This document shows positions 45,201 through 56,650 of a DNA stretch of 64,000 nucleotides, piece after piece. The first letter of the stretch is position 1; every line of letters begins with the position of its first letter. The stretch comes from Malacoraja senta (taxonomy: Eukaryota): contig JAXLNO010000618.1 of assembly GCA_038087875.1 (NCBI GenBank), forward strand, positions 124,001-188,000. Direction: 5' to 3'. The notes beneath the pieces are model-generated. The model was given only the letters and a program-made list of their open reading frames with translations, had not been told where the DNA came from and made no database searches. The position numbers were made by a program, and so were the translations under genes.

Positions 45201-46820
45201 TGCCCCGTCTACACTAGTCCCACCCCGACCAACATGCCTCATCGACACTAGTCCCACCCCGACCAACATGCCCCATCTACACTAGTCCCACCCCGACCAA
45301 TATAACCCATCTACACTAGTCCCACCCCGACCAACATGCCCCATCTACACTAGTCCCACCCCGACCAACATGCCCCATCTACACTAATCCCACCCCGATC
45401 AACATGCCCCATCTACACTAGTCCCACCCTGACCAACATGCCCCATCTACACTAATCCCACCCCGACCAACATTCCCCATCTACACTAGTCCCACCCCGA
45501 CCAACATGCCCCATCTACACTAGTCCCACCCCGACCAACATGCCCGTCTACACTAGTCCCACCCCGACCAACACGCCCCATCTACACTAGTCCCACCCCG
45601 ACCAACATGCCCCATCTACCCTAGTCTCACCCCGACCAACATGCCCCATCTACACTAGTCCCACCCTGACCAACATGCCCCATCTACACTAGTCCCACCC
45701 CGACCAACATGCCCCAGCTACACTAGTCCCACCCCGAACAACATGCCCCATCTACACCAGTCCCACCCTGACAAACATGCCCCATCTACACTAGTCCCAC
45801 CCCGACCAAGATGCCACATGTACACTAGTCCCACCCCGACCAACATGCCACATGTACACTAGTCCCACCCCGACCAACATGCCCCATCTACACTAGTCCC
45901 ACCCCGACGAACATGCCCCATCTACACTAGTCCCACCCCGACCAACATGCCACATCTACACTAGTCCCAGCCCGACCAACATGCCCCATCTACACTAGTC
46001 CCACCCCGACCAACATGCCCCATCTACACTAGTCCCACCCCAACCAACAAGCCCGATCTACATTAGTCCCACCCTAGACCAACATGCCCCGTATACACAA
46101 GTCCCACCCCGACCAACATGCCCCATCTACACTAGTGCCACCCCGACCAACATGCCCCATCTACACTAATCCCACCCCGACCAACATGCCCCATCTACAC
46201 TAGTCCCACCCCGACCAACATGCCCCATCTACACTAATCCCACCCCGACCAACATGCCCCATCTACACTAATCCCACCCCGACCAATATGCCCCATCTAC
46301 ACTAGTCCCACCCCGACCAACATGCCCCATCTACACTAGTCCCACCCCGACCAACATGCCCCATCTACACTAATCCCACCCCAACCAACATGCCCCATCT
46401 ACACTAGTCCCACCCCGACCAATATGCCCCATCTACACTAGTCCCACCCCGACCAACATGCCCCATCTACACTAGTCCCACCCCGACCAACATGCCCCAT
46501 CTACACTAGTCCCACCCCGACCAACATGCCCCATCTACCCTAGTCCCACCCCGACCAACATGCCCCATCTACCCTAGTCCCACCCCGACCAACATGCCCC
46601 ATCTACCCTAGTCCCACCCCGACCAACATGCCCCATCTACCCTAGTCCCACCCCGACTAACATGCCCCATCTACACTAGTCCTACCCCGACCAACATGCC
46701 CCATCTACCCTAGTCCCACCCCGACCAACATGCCCCATCTACATTAGTCCCACCCCGACCAACATGCCCCATCTACACTAGACCCACCCCGACCATCATG
46801 CCCCATTCTACACTAGTCCC
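42265..46820 (+). repeat. 34-bp tandem array, about 130-135 copies
   Basis: Unit ccccatctacactagtcccaccccgaccaacatg; flanked by minus-strand CR1/SINE tail sequence (42220-42265 and 46820-46970). Confidence 0.97.
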
Positions 46821-47043
46821 ACTTGCCCGCGTTTGACCCATATCCCTCCAAACCTGTCCTATCCAAGTGTCTCTTAAACGTTGTGATAGTCCCTGCCTCA
46901 CTACCTCCTCCAGCAGCTCATTCCATACACCCACCATCCTCTGTGTGGAAATGTTGCCCCTCAGATTGACATTATTAATGTGGACCATTTGTGCACAACT
47001 CTGCTGGTGTGAGTAATAAATGAAATGATAGATAGCAAAAATA

Positions 47044-47342
47044 CACAGTTGTGCAGCGGTAGAGTTGCTGCCTCACAGCGCCAGAGACCCGGGTTCCATC
47101 CTCAATACGGGTGCTGTCTGTACGGAGTTTGCACGTTCTCCCCCGTGACCTGCGTGGGTTTTCTCCGGGTGCTCCGGTTTCCTTCCGCATTCGAAAGACC
47201 TGCTGGTTTGTAGGTTAATTGGCTTCTGTAAAATTGTCCCTAATGTGTGTAGGATGGAGCTAGTATACGGGGTGATCACTGGTCGGCGATGACTTGTTGG
47301 GCCGAAGGGCGTGTTTCTGCGCAGTATCTCTAAAATCTAAAC
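47044..47342 (+). mobile_element. tRNA-derived SINE (HE1-like)
   Basis: Head cacagttgtgcagcggtagagttgctgcc...ccgggttccatcc; tail tatctctaaaatctaaac. Confidence 0.8.
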
Positions 47343-47349
47343 AATACCC

Positions 47350-49335
47350 GGTGACTTGGCCTCCACCGCCCTCTGTGGCAATGAATTCCACAGATTCACC
47401 ACCCTCTGGCTAAAGAAATTCCTCCTCATCTCCTTTCTAAAGGCATGAGTGGGAAAGGCAGAGAGGGTGAGGGGCCAGACGTGGGCATGTGGGACTAGCT
47501 TCGATAGGCATGGCTGTGTGTTTCTGTGCTGTGGGACTGACGGGGCTACACAGGGTAGTAGTTCGATGCTTCAGCCTGCAGCAACCCAGGAGAACTGTGT
47601 TCCAGATGTTTCATTAGTTTGTTGTTCTGCACATCGATCGGGAGACGATGAAATCTCTCGTTCACACGCAGCGGCCAGAGCAAACAGTGTACATACAGTG
47701 ATGACCAGCCGCTCCATTCTCTCAGCATATGACAGTCCCGTCATCCCGGGAATTAACCTTGTAAACCTACGCTGCACTCCCTCAATAGCAAGAATGTCCT
47801 TCCTCATATTAGGGGACCAAAACTGCACACAATACTCCAGGTGTGGTCTCACTAGGGCTCTGTACAAATGCAGAAGGACCTCTTTGCTCCTATATTCGAT
47901 TCTTCTTGTTATAAAGGCCAACATGCTATTCGCTTTCTTCACTGCCTGCTGTACCTGCATGCTTACTTTCATAGCCTGATGAACAAGGACCCCCAGATCC
48001 CGTTGTACTTCTCCTTTTCCCAACTTGACACCATTTAGATAGCAATCTCCCTTCCTGTTTTTGCTACCAAAGTGGATAACCTCACATTTATCCGCATTAA
48101 ACTTCATCTGCCATGCATCTGCCCACTCCCCAACCTGTCCAAGTCACCCTGCATTCTCATTGCATCCTCCTCACAGTTTACACTGCCACCCAGCTTTGTG
48201 TCATCTGCAAATTTGCTAATGTTACTTTGAATCTCTTCATCCAAATCATTGATGTATATTGTAAATAGCTGCGGAACCAGACCGAGCCTTGCCGTACCCC
48301 AGTAGTCACTGCCTGCCATTCTGAAAGGGACCCATTAATCCCTACTCTTTGTTTCCTGTCTGCCAATCACTTCTCTATCCATGTCAGCACTCTACCCCCA
48401 ATACCATTTGCCCTAATTTTGCCCACTAATCTCCTATGTGGGACCTTATCAAATGCTTTCTGAAAGTCCAGGTACACTACATCCACTGGCTCTCCCTTGT
48501 CCATTTTCCTAGTTACATCTTTAAAAAATTCCAGAAGATTGGTCAAGCATGATTTCCCCTTCGTATATCCATGCTAACTCAGACCGATCCTGTTACTGCT
48601 ATCCAAATGTGCGGCTATTTCATATTTTATAATTGACTCCAGCGTCTTCCCCACCGCCGATGTCAGGCTAACTGGTCTATAATTCCCTGTTTTCTCTCTC
48701 GCTCCTTTCTTGATAAGTGGGATGACATTAGCTATCCTCCAATCCACAGGAACAGATCCTGAATCTATTGAACATTGGAAAATGATCACCAATGCGTCCA
48801 CTATTTCTAGACCCACCTCCATGAGGACCTTGGGATGCAGACCATCAGGCCCAGGGGATTTATCATCCTTCAGTCTCATTAGACTACCCAATACTATTTC
48901 TCGCCTAATGAACATTTCTTTCAGTTCCTCTACCCCCTTAGATCCTCTGTCCTCCAGTATTTCTGGGAGATTGTTTGAGTCTTCCTTAGTGAAGACAGAT
49001 CGGAAGTACCTATTCAACTCTTCTGCCATTTCCTTGTTGCCCATAATAATTTCACCCACATCTGCCTTCAAGGGACCCACATTTGACTTTGCTACTCTTT
49101 TTCCCTTAACATATCTAAAGAAGCTTTTACTGTCCTTCTTTATATTCCTGGCCAGCTTCCCTTCGTACTTCATCTTTTCAGCCCGTATTGCCCGTTTTGT
49201 TTCCTTCTGTTGTCCTATGAAAGTTTCCCAATCCTCTGGCTTCCGGCTACTCTTTGCTGTGTTGTACAACTTTCCTTTTAGTTTTATTATATCCCTAACT
49301 TCTCTTGTCAGCCACGGTTGCCTCCCACTCCCCTT
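47350..49335 (-). mobile_element. Fragmented CR1 LINE with a foreign segment at about 47445-47705
   Basis: Minus ORFs 48574-49269, 48104-48319 and 47571-48107 carry [27 protein letters not shown] and [11 protein letters not shown]. Confidence 0.9.
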
Positions 49336-49900
49336 AGTTGTGAAAAAATCAGGAAGGAAAACAGCCCAGAGATCAAAATAGACGAATCATTGTGGTTGAA
49401 TTGCATAAAAGCTCTTAATGCAGCCTTAACCATTGCTCTGAATTTTGCTTCAGGTCCTGAATGTGATATGAGTTTGTATGTTGGTTGCACCAAGCTTCAG
49501 TGCGTCCCTCAGCACGTTTTCCTGCAGTCTGGAGTGGGTCAAGTGGCAACATTCCCTGATGGACCACACGTTGACAGATCGTTGCTTCATTCCTCAGCAC
49601 AGTAACAGTGTGTGGGAGATGGGACAATGTTCCTGTCCTTATAATACAGCCTTTGACCCACAGTGAGCAGCACCAGAACAGAAGTATTGCAATTAAAGTT
49701 TTATCTTTAGAAACAAGAGACACTTCCTCAATCTTACATTCAATGGCCTTAGCATTGAAGGCAAGCATACCATACGCCTTCTTCACTACCCTAACTACTT
49801 GTGCTGCCACTTTCCGTGAGCTATTAACGTGGACTCCAAATGCACTGAAGATATGTGTCTCAAACTGGCTCAGTCTAAAATTCTATGTTATTTCCCACAG

Positions 49901-49934
49901 GGAATCCACAAAATGAGGCCCAGGTTTTTCTGCA
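49901..49934 (+). pseudogene. Truncated relic of the leader exon (GIHKMRPRFFC)
   Basis: ttatttcccacag|GGAATCCACAAAATGAGGCCCAGGTTTTTCTGCA matches 3041-3088; the first ATG has become ATC; similarity stops at an LTR-like element. Confidence 0.75.
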
Positions 49935-51260
49935 TCAGAACTGAACGAGGAGGAGGACTCAAATGCAGGCTCAGACACAGGGCAGATCAGTTTCCAGAGT
50001 TTAATCGGTCCAAGTCGGTACACAGGTAAGCAAAAACGGAGACAACAGTACAATCTAGGAGCAGGCAAAAACAGTGGTCGAAGACAGGCACTGGTCGAGA
50101 TAACAAGGTCAACAGATTTGTAGAGCTGGCACGAGGTGATACAAATTAAAATACACAACGAACTGGCAATGAGAACTAAAACACAAAGGGCTTAAATACA
50201 CAGCCTAAAGGGTCTGTCTCACGGTGTTGCGGTCATCGGCGGTGAAGCGCGGCTTCGCCTGTAGAGGGGACCGCACGGCAACGGCGAGAGCGCCGAGCCT
50301 ATGCCACGGGAGCGGCGCACGGGTGCTACACTGGGGCCGAGTGATTTAAATACGGCTGGTCCCACGAGCTTGCGGTAAGTAAAAAAAAAGGGCGGGCCGA
50401 CTGCGATGACGTCATTTTGGATCTGCGGGGCTGTGGCGGCGGCCGTCCTGATCGCGGCGCTGTAGCGGTGGCTGTGGCGGCGGCAGTGCCGCACACGTGA
50501 CTCACTAGCGGCGGCTGTGGCGGCGGCTGTGCTGATCGCGGCGCTGTAGTGGTGGCTGTGGCAGCGGCCGTGCCGCACACGTGACTCACTGGCGGAGGCT
50601 GTGGCGGCGGCTGTGCTGATCGCGGCGCTGTAGCGGTGGCTGTGGCAGCGGCCGTGCCGCACACGTTTCTCACTAGCGGCGGCTGTGGCGGCGGCTGTGA
50701 TGAGCGCGGCGCTGTAGCGGTGGCTATGGCGGCGGCTGTGCTAATCGCGGCGCTGTAGCGGTGGCTGTGGCGGCGGCCGTGCCGCACACGTGCCTCACTG
50801 GCGGAGGCTGTGGCTGTGCAAGTTCGACGCACGGCGCTCGTGCCACACTGGCGGCGGCCGTGCTGCACTCGTGCCTCACTGGCGGAGGCTGTGCGGTAGG
50901 GACATATTTTTGAACAGTGTTGGTTTTATTTTAGCACCGTGCGGTGTTGGAACAACGCCGCACGGCCCCGGAATTGTGCGTTTGACCGAGTGCGCGGTCT
51001 ATGGCAGCCCAGGAGCGGTAGATTCTTCCTGTTTCGCCGCCAATGACCGCAGACTCGTGACACAGGCCTTTAACAGGGGATAACGAGACACAGGTGAAAC
51101 ACATCAGGGCGGGGCCTACAATCACACGAGGGGAAAGGACATGACAGGAAATGAGACCTGAAACGAGAGGAGATGTGAGACACCAAAATAAAACAAGAAT
51201 GCAACCAATAATACTAAAAACAATAAGAAACAGAAACTAGATCAAACGTGAGACCTGACA
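49933..51260. mobile_element. Probable solo LTR interrupted by a MITE
   Basis: Ends (ca)TCAG...CTGACA; sequence either side of the MITE rejoins at TAA; family not identified. Confidence 0.5.
50209..51070. mobile_element. Non-autonomous PIF/Harbinger-like DNA element
   Basis: Imperfect 15-bp TIRs (AGGGTCTGTCTCACG and CGTGACACAGGCCTT, 12/15 match) flanked by TAA at 50206-50208 and 51071-51073; CpG-rich internal tandem repeats. Confidence 0.7.
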
Positions 51261-54200
51261 CAGTGAGAACTAGAATGCAACAAGAGACACAACAAGAAAT
51301 AACTGAACTGAATAAATCTCATCTTTAACGTTCAAATTGTTGCTGCATTTTAAGAGTTATTCACATTTTAGGCATTAATATCCCTTTTCCACTTGCCATG
51401 CCCGTCAGCTGTGCCTGCGCAGTAATGCCTGCATATTCTACATCACAATGGGAACCCAATGGGCGGGAATGGATGCTCTGTCGGAGAGCCGCTAATAACG
51501 GATGCGGGGAGGGGGATGGAGTGAGTACGTGGGGGGGGGAGGAAGGGCAAGGAGCGGAGTGGGGGGTGAGATGAGGAGCGTCACAACCAGAATACGTCAG
51601 CTACGCCTGCGTAGTTGGGGCTATGGGTGAGTGGTGGAATATTGCGTTGGGGGACCAGGCCTCCTGTGTCAGAATGAACTTAGTCGAGTGAACATTAAAC
51701 TACTTTCCCTGCAACAGCAGCCAACTAGGATTACTTTAACCAGGGGATGTAACCTGGTCCAAAACAAAGTGCTGGAGGTACTTGGCAGATCAGGCACCAT
51801 CTACCCGACCACAAAGGGAATGGACAGATGCTGTCGTTTCCTGTTGGGACCCGTTCAGACTGATGGAGTCGGACAGAGAAAGTGGGAAAGAGGTGGGAGC
51901 AGGACAAAGCCTGTTACGTGATTAGTGGATACAGGGGAGAGGGTGATGGGTTGTGACATTGGCTAGGGGTGACAAGGAGACAAAAGGTGCAACAGATGAG
52001 AAGAGTGAAACGTAAAGCTGGAGGGAGGGATACGGATGGAAGGGGATAGAGTGAAATATGAGACTGGTTTGGGAGGTGAGCATACACAGGGAAGGAGCAG
52101 AGTGACCAAGATGTTGAGGGAAGTGTTCACACCAGGGGGGGGGTGCAGGGAAAGAGGGGGTTTCCATTACCAGGGTGGGGGTGCAGGGAAAGAGGGGTTC
52201 CCATTACCAGGGTGGGGGTGCAGGGAAACAGGGGGTTCCCATCACCAGGGTGGGGATTCAGGGAAAGAGGGAGCTCTTAGCCAAGGAAAGGTGAAGGAAA
52301 ATGTCAATGTGTGAGAGTTGGCAGCCCTGTATTCAGGCCCTGCATTCAGGACCTGATGCCAAATTCAGAGCAATGGTCAAGGCTGCATGAAGAGCTGTCT
52401 TGCAATTTAACCACAATGATTCGTCTATTCTGAGCTCTGGGCTGTTTCACTTCCTGTTTTTTATCTCAACTAAATTTCACAATGTGTAAATAAACATCAG
52501 AAGTGTGAAGGACAAAGAAAACACCCCAAAACCTATTGAAACATGCAAAACAGAATCAGGGGTGGATTAACTGTCACTTTGAGCCTGTTCAATCATTCCA
52601 AACAATCTCATATTCCAATTCTCTCCCGATAAATTTTGATGCATTTTATGTCAAATAAATCTAACCCCTACTTAACAGGATTTAGTGACCTCCCATCTAC
52701 CATTTTCTGTGGGGTGGATTTCAATGGCTCACCATATTCACAATGAAGAAATGTCTCAGCCCTAAATGTTTCACCCCTTATCTTGAGTCCAAAACCCCTT
52801 GTTCCAGATCCTAGTCACTGGAAATATCTTTATGTATCGAGGTTGTCTAGCTCTGCTTTGAATTTTGTTTAATTTAGAGAGGTCATGTTTAAGTCTTCCA
52901 AACTCCAGTGACTACTGGCTCAGTCAGCTCTTCCTCTCCTTACATATTAGTCCTGCCATTCCAGGAATCACTCTGGTCAGCCTTGGCTGCATTACATCTG
53001 TGGCTGAAAACCCTTTCTCCGGTAAGGAGAGCACAAAGGCATGTTTGGAGAGACATGGGCCAGGCACAGCCAATTGTGATGGGGTCAGTTGGACATCTTG
53101 GTCAGCATGTGTGCGTTGGGTCGATGTGTCTATTTCCATGCTCTACAGCTCTATGACTCTCTGCTGCATCTGTGCATATTTGGCAAGTAACTCAACTGAC
53201 TGACATCACCTGCAAACCTCTTTGCATCCTCTTTGCTTCTCCTACTTACTCTCAGTTTCATGTCATCAAACTTAGAAACATTAAATTTGTTTCCTTGTCA
53301 ATACCATTGATGAACATTGAAAATAATGGACTCAAGAACTGGATTGATTCTGGATCATTCATCACCAACTGCCACCCTAACGAAGTCTTCTCTCTGTTTC
53401 CTGTCTGCCAAATTATTTTCAATTCATGCCTGTTTAATATTGCCTAATCCACATATTATAAAATTCAAAGACCTTCTGAAAATTGGACACATCCTCTTGT
53501 TCTCCCTGAAACAAACAAAAACAATCTGCTGGAGGGAATCAATGGGTCAGGCAGCATCTGTCGAGGAAAATGTGCAGATGACCCTGTATCGTGACCCTTC
53601 TTCAGTTGCCAATGGTCATCTGTCCATTTACTTCCACAGATGATTCCTGATCCACAAATTCCCTCCAGCAGTTTGCTCTTTGCTCGTGTTTCCAGAATCT
53701 GCAAACTCTTGGGTCTCCACATCTTCTCCCTTATCTATTCTACATGTTACATCACCATCATCTCCAATAGATTTGTTTGCCATGATTTCACTTACATAAA
53801 TTCAAAAATACATTGTCTTATCGCATAAATTATTTTAAAATATCCAAACACTGTTTTGGAACCTGGAAACAAACTAGGTTGGAGATTGAAATATTTTCAT
53901 CCAGCAAGTAGCAAACTGGAAATTTAATATGTAGAAAACAATAATTAGTTACTATCTTAGTTAGTTACTATCCTTATAATAAATACATCCTCAGCACACA
54001 TGCCCCATGTGCTGTTCTCATAGTAATTAAAACAATTACATAAATAGAATTTCCACGGAATTACTTTTAAATGTAAAGGGTAAATAGAGAAGTTGTTTCT
54101 GTAGATAACATCAGCGTAAAAGATGAAGGATCTGTGTTAGGTCCTGTTTACACTTCTGCTGTGAAACTCAGCAAGTGCCTCAACGGAGACATTTGCACAA

Positions 54201-55624
54201 GTTAAGACAGGGGGTGATGTTTAGAATGTGAGAATGACAGACAGTGTGGGTTGGAGGGGCAATGAGATGAATTACGAAGAGACAGATTCAGGAGCTGGGG
54301 GAAATATCAAAACAGAGGGTGAGCAGCAATAAAATTGAATTGTATTTCTCTGCAGAATTCACACAATATGGGGGAAATGAGTTGTTCGGATTAAGGATGG
54401 AGCCTGATTAGATTTCTTGTCACAATTAGGACGACACTAACTCCTGAGCTGATGATGAGCTGCACTTTGTGATTCCCTCCAGAATTGTTGCTTATAAATC
54501 TATGTTTTTGGATGTGGGCCTCAGTGCTTAAGCTTCCATTTTAAACCCATGAGGATGTGACCATACTTATTTCACCACTGAGGTGTTTTGTAAATGATAG
54601 GAGTAGGCCCCACAAATAACGAAGGATCAGCAATGCATTTCCAAGTTATGATGGTGACTAACTGGGTCAATTTGTGCCACTCCAATAACTTGACCAAGCA
54701 ATTCTGGGTATGGATTGTGCTTGCATATTGTGGATATATTTTCTAGCACCGATGCAGTCATCAATGTAATGGGGATAGAGTTCGGGTATAGGGCCAGTGT
54801 ACACCTGGAACACAATGTATCTCTCGCGTCTATATCTCTAGGCTGTGAAGATCTTGGTGCAACTCTGTGAGTATGGGCTTGGAGAACACCAAATGACATG
54901 GGGAAAAACTTGTGAATGTGAAAATGTTTGCTGGAGGTTCTACCTTGAGTGAAATTCAGAACTGAGGAGAAAATTGCTCTCAATATTGGGCTTACTTTGA
55001 AAAATTGTAGTAGTTTGATTATCATATGCAGCTCATCGGTGACCTCCTAAGTCCAACCTCCACCATGATCTGATGCAATTGAATATTGGTTTGAACTATC
55101 GAACCAACTACAGCATGAACAGGCAAGAATATTGACCATTCCATTTATGACAAAACAACAGATTCTGTCATTTGCCATTATCATAGACCTTTCAAACATC
55201 ACACAGTCATCTGCTTGAATATGTGTTACTGGAAACTATTCTAACTTCAGTTGTGAATAGCATTCATTATGCTTGTCTTTCTCCAGGCTGGTTAGCACTC
55301 TGCAAAAGCTTTTCTCTTTACCTCAGAAACGTGACACTGAACTAAACTGAATTGAACTGGAAGGGACGTGATTTATTCCCAGAGGTTGTGAAGGTCTTGC
55401 TGCAAACTGTGCGGTTTGATTTGGAGAAAACTGAAAGTTGCAGAAGAAAGTGGATGTTCATGAGGATGGTAACTGGTGGGTTTACCTTGTGTGAAACTCA
55501 GGAGATTATTACACTCAATATTGGAATAACTGAGTAAATACAGCAATTTTATTATCACATCTGCTCGTTTGTGTTCTCCTCAACCTAAAACTCACATCGT
55601 TTTAAACTGCCAAACCACCCAAAT

Positions 55625-55896
55625 CACAGTGGCACAGATGTTAGAGCTGCTGCCTCACAGAGCCGGAGACCAGTGTTCAAATCTGGCATCGGGTGGTCTC
55701 TGGGTGGAGATAGCACGCTCCCTGTGGCCACGAATGAGTGGGGTTGTAGGTTACTTGACCTCAATAAATTGCCTGTAGTGTGTAGGGAGCGGACGGGAAA
55801 GTGAGATAACAAAACGAGCGTGAACGGGTGATCAGTGGTCGGCGTGGACGGAGGGCTGAAGGGCATGTTTCCATGCTGTGTCTCAAAACTAAACTC
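55625..55896 (+). mobile_element. SINE, duplicate of 101-371
   Basis: Collinear match within the segmental duplication. Confidence 0.75.
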
Positions 55897-56464
55897 AATC
55901 AGAACATCACTACAGATGCAAGAAAATTGACACCTACTCATCATTACAAAACTTAGATACTCTCATTCCCCAATGCCCTTAATATTTGTTATCCTCCAAT
56001 AACCTTTAGAAAGATGAGGTTCCATGTCTCAACGCATCCAATGCATGTTTGAGCTCAGTAAATTCCCATTTGCCTTTGCCGAAATAAGGTTTTACAAGAT
56101 GGGTTTTACGCTGACACAAACGCTTTCAACAGAAGTGATGTCTGAACCATGAGCAGGAGAGGAAGAGGGAGGTCCTGTAGTTTCATAAGACACAGAGTGA
56201 GACTGGGGAACTCAGTGTGTCGCCGTGCTTGGAGCTTTGCTGCCCACGTCTCTGGACTCGTTCACCAGTCACTTCCCACAAGGTAGGCGACCTTACTACA
56301 GGTTCACTTCAGGTAAAGGAGTGGTTTAAATGGGATCTAGAAACGGAACTCCGTGTTCAATAATTTCTAACGTGTGATATTCCACTCCTACAACCATTCA
56401 TTAGACTGTTCCAGCCTGTTCTGCTTTAGATTTTACAAGGACATAGAAACGTAATGAATAATGA

Positions 56465-56650
56465 AGAGAGACACAAAATACTGGAGTAACTCAGCGAGAC
56501 AGGCAGCATCTGGAGAGAAAGAATGGGTGACGTTTCAGGTCGAGACCTTTCTTCAGACCCAGACTTCTTCGACCCGAAACGTCACCCATTCCTTCTTTCC
56601 AGAGATGCTGCCTGTCCCGCCCAGTTACTCCCGCCCAGTTACTTTAGTGT
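56465..56650. repeat. Palindromic short interspersed repeat
   Basis: ctggagtaactcagcg.gacaggcagcatct...gggtgacgtttc...gaaacgtcaccc...agatgctgcctgtcccgc; related pieces near 940, 9970, 11040, 21230, 38800, 39240, 39620 and 53520. Confidence 0.75.

Noticed and set aside
42265-46820. CRISPR-like appearance of regular repeats (also 3246-3785 and 11240-11627)
   Set aside because: Head-to-tail units without unique spacers, no cas genes, vertebrate context.
50219-50868. Ala/Arg-rich minus-strand ORFs
   Set aside because: Arise from GC-rich tandem units inside the MITE; no transposase motifs.
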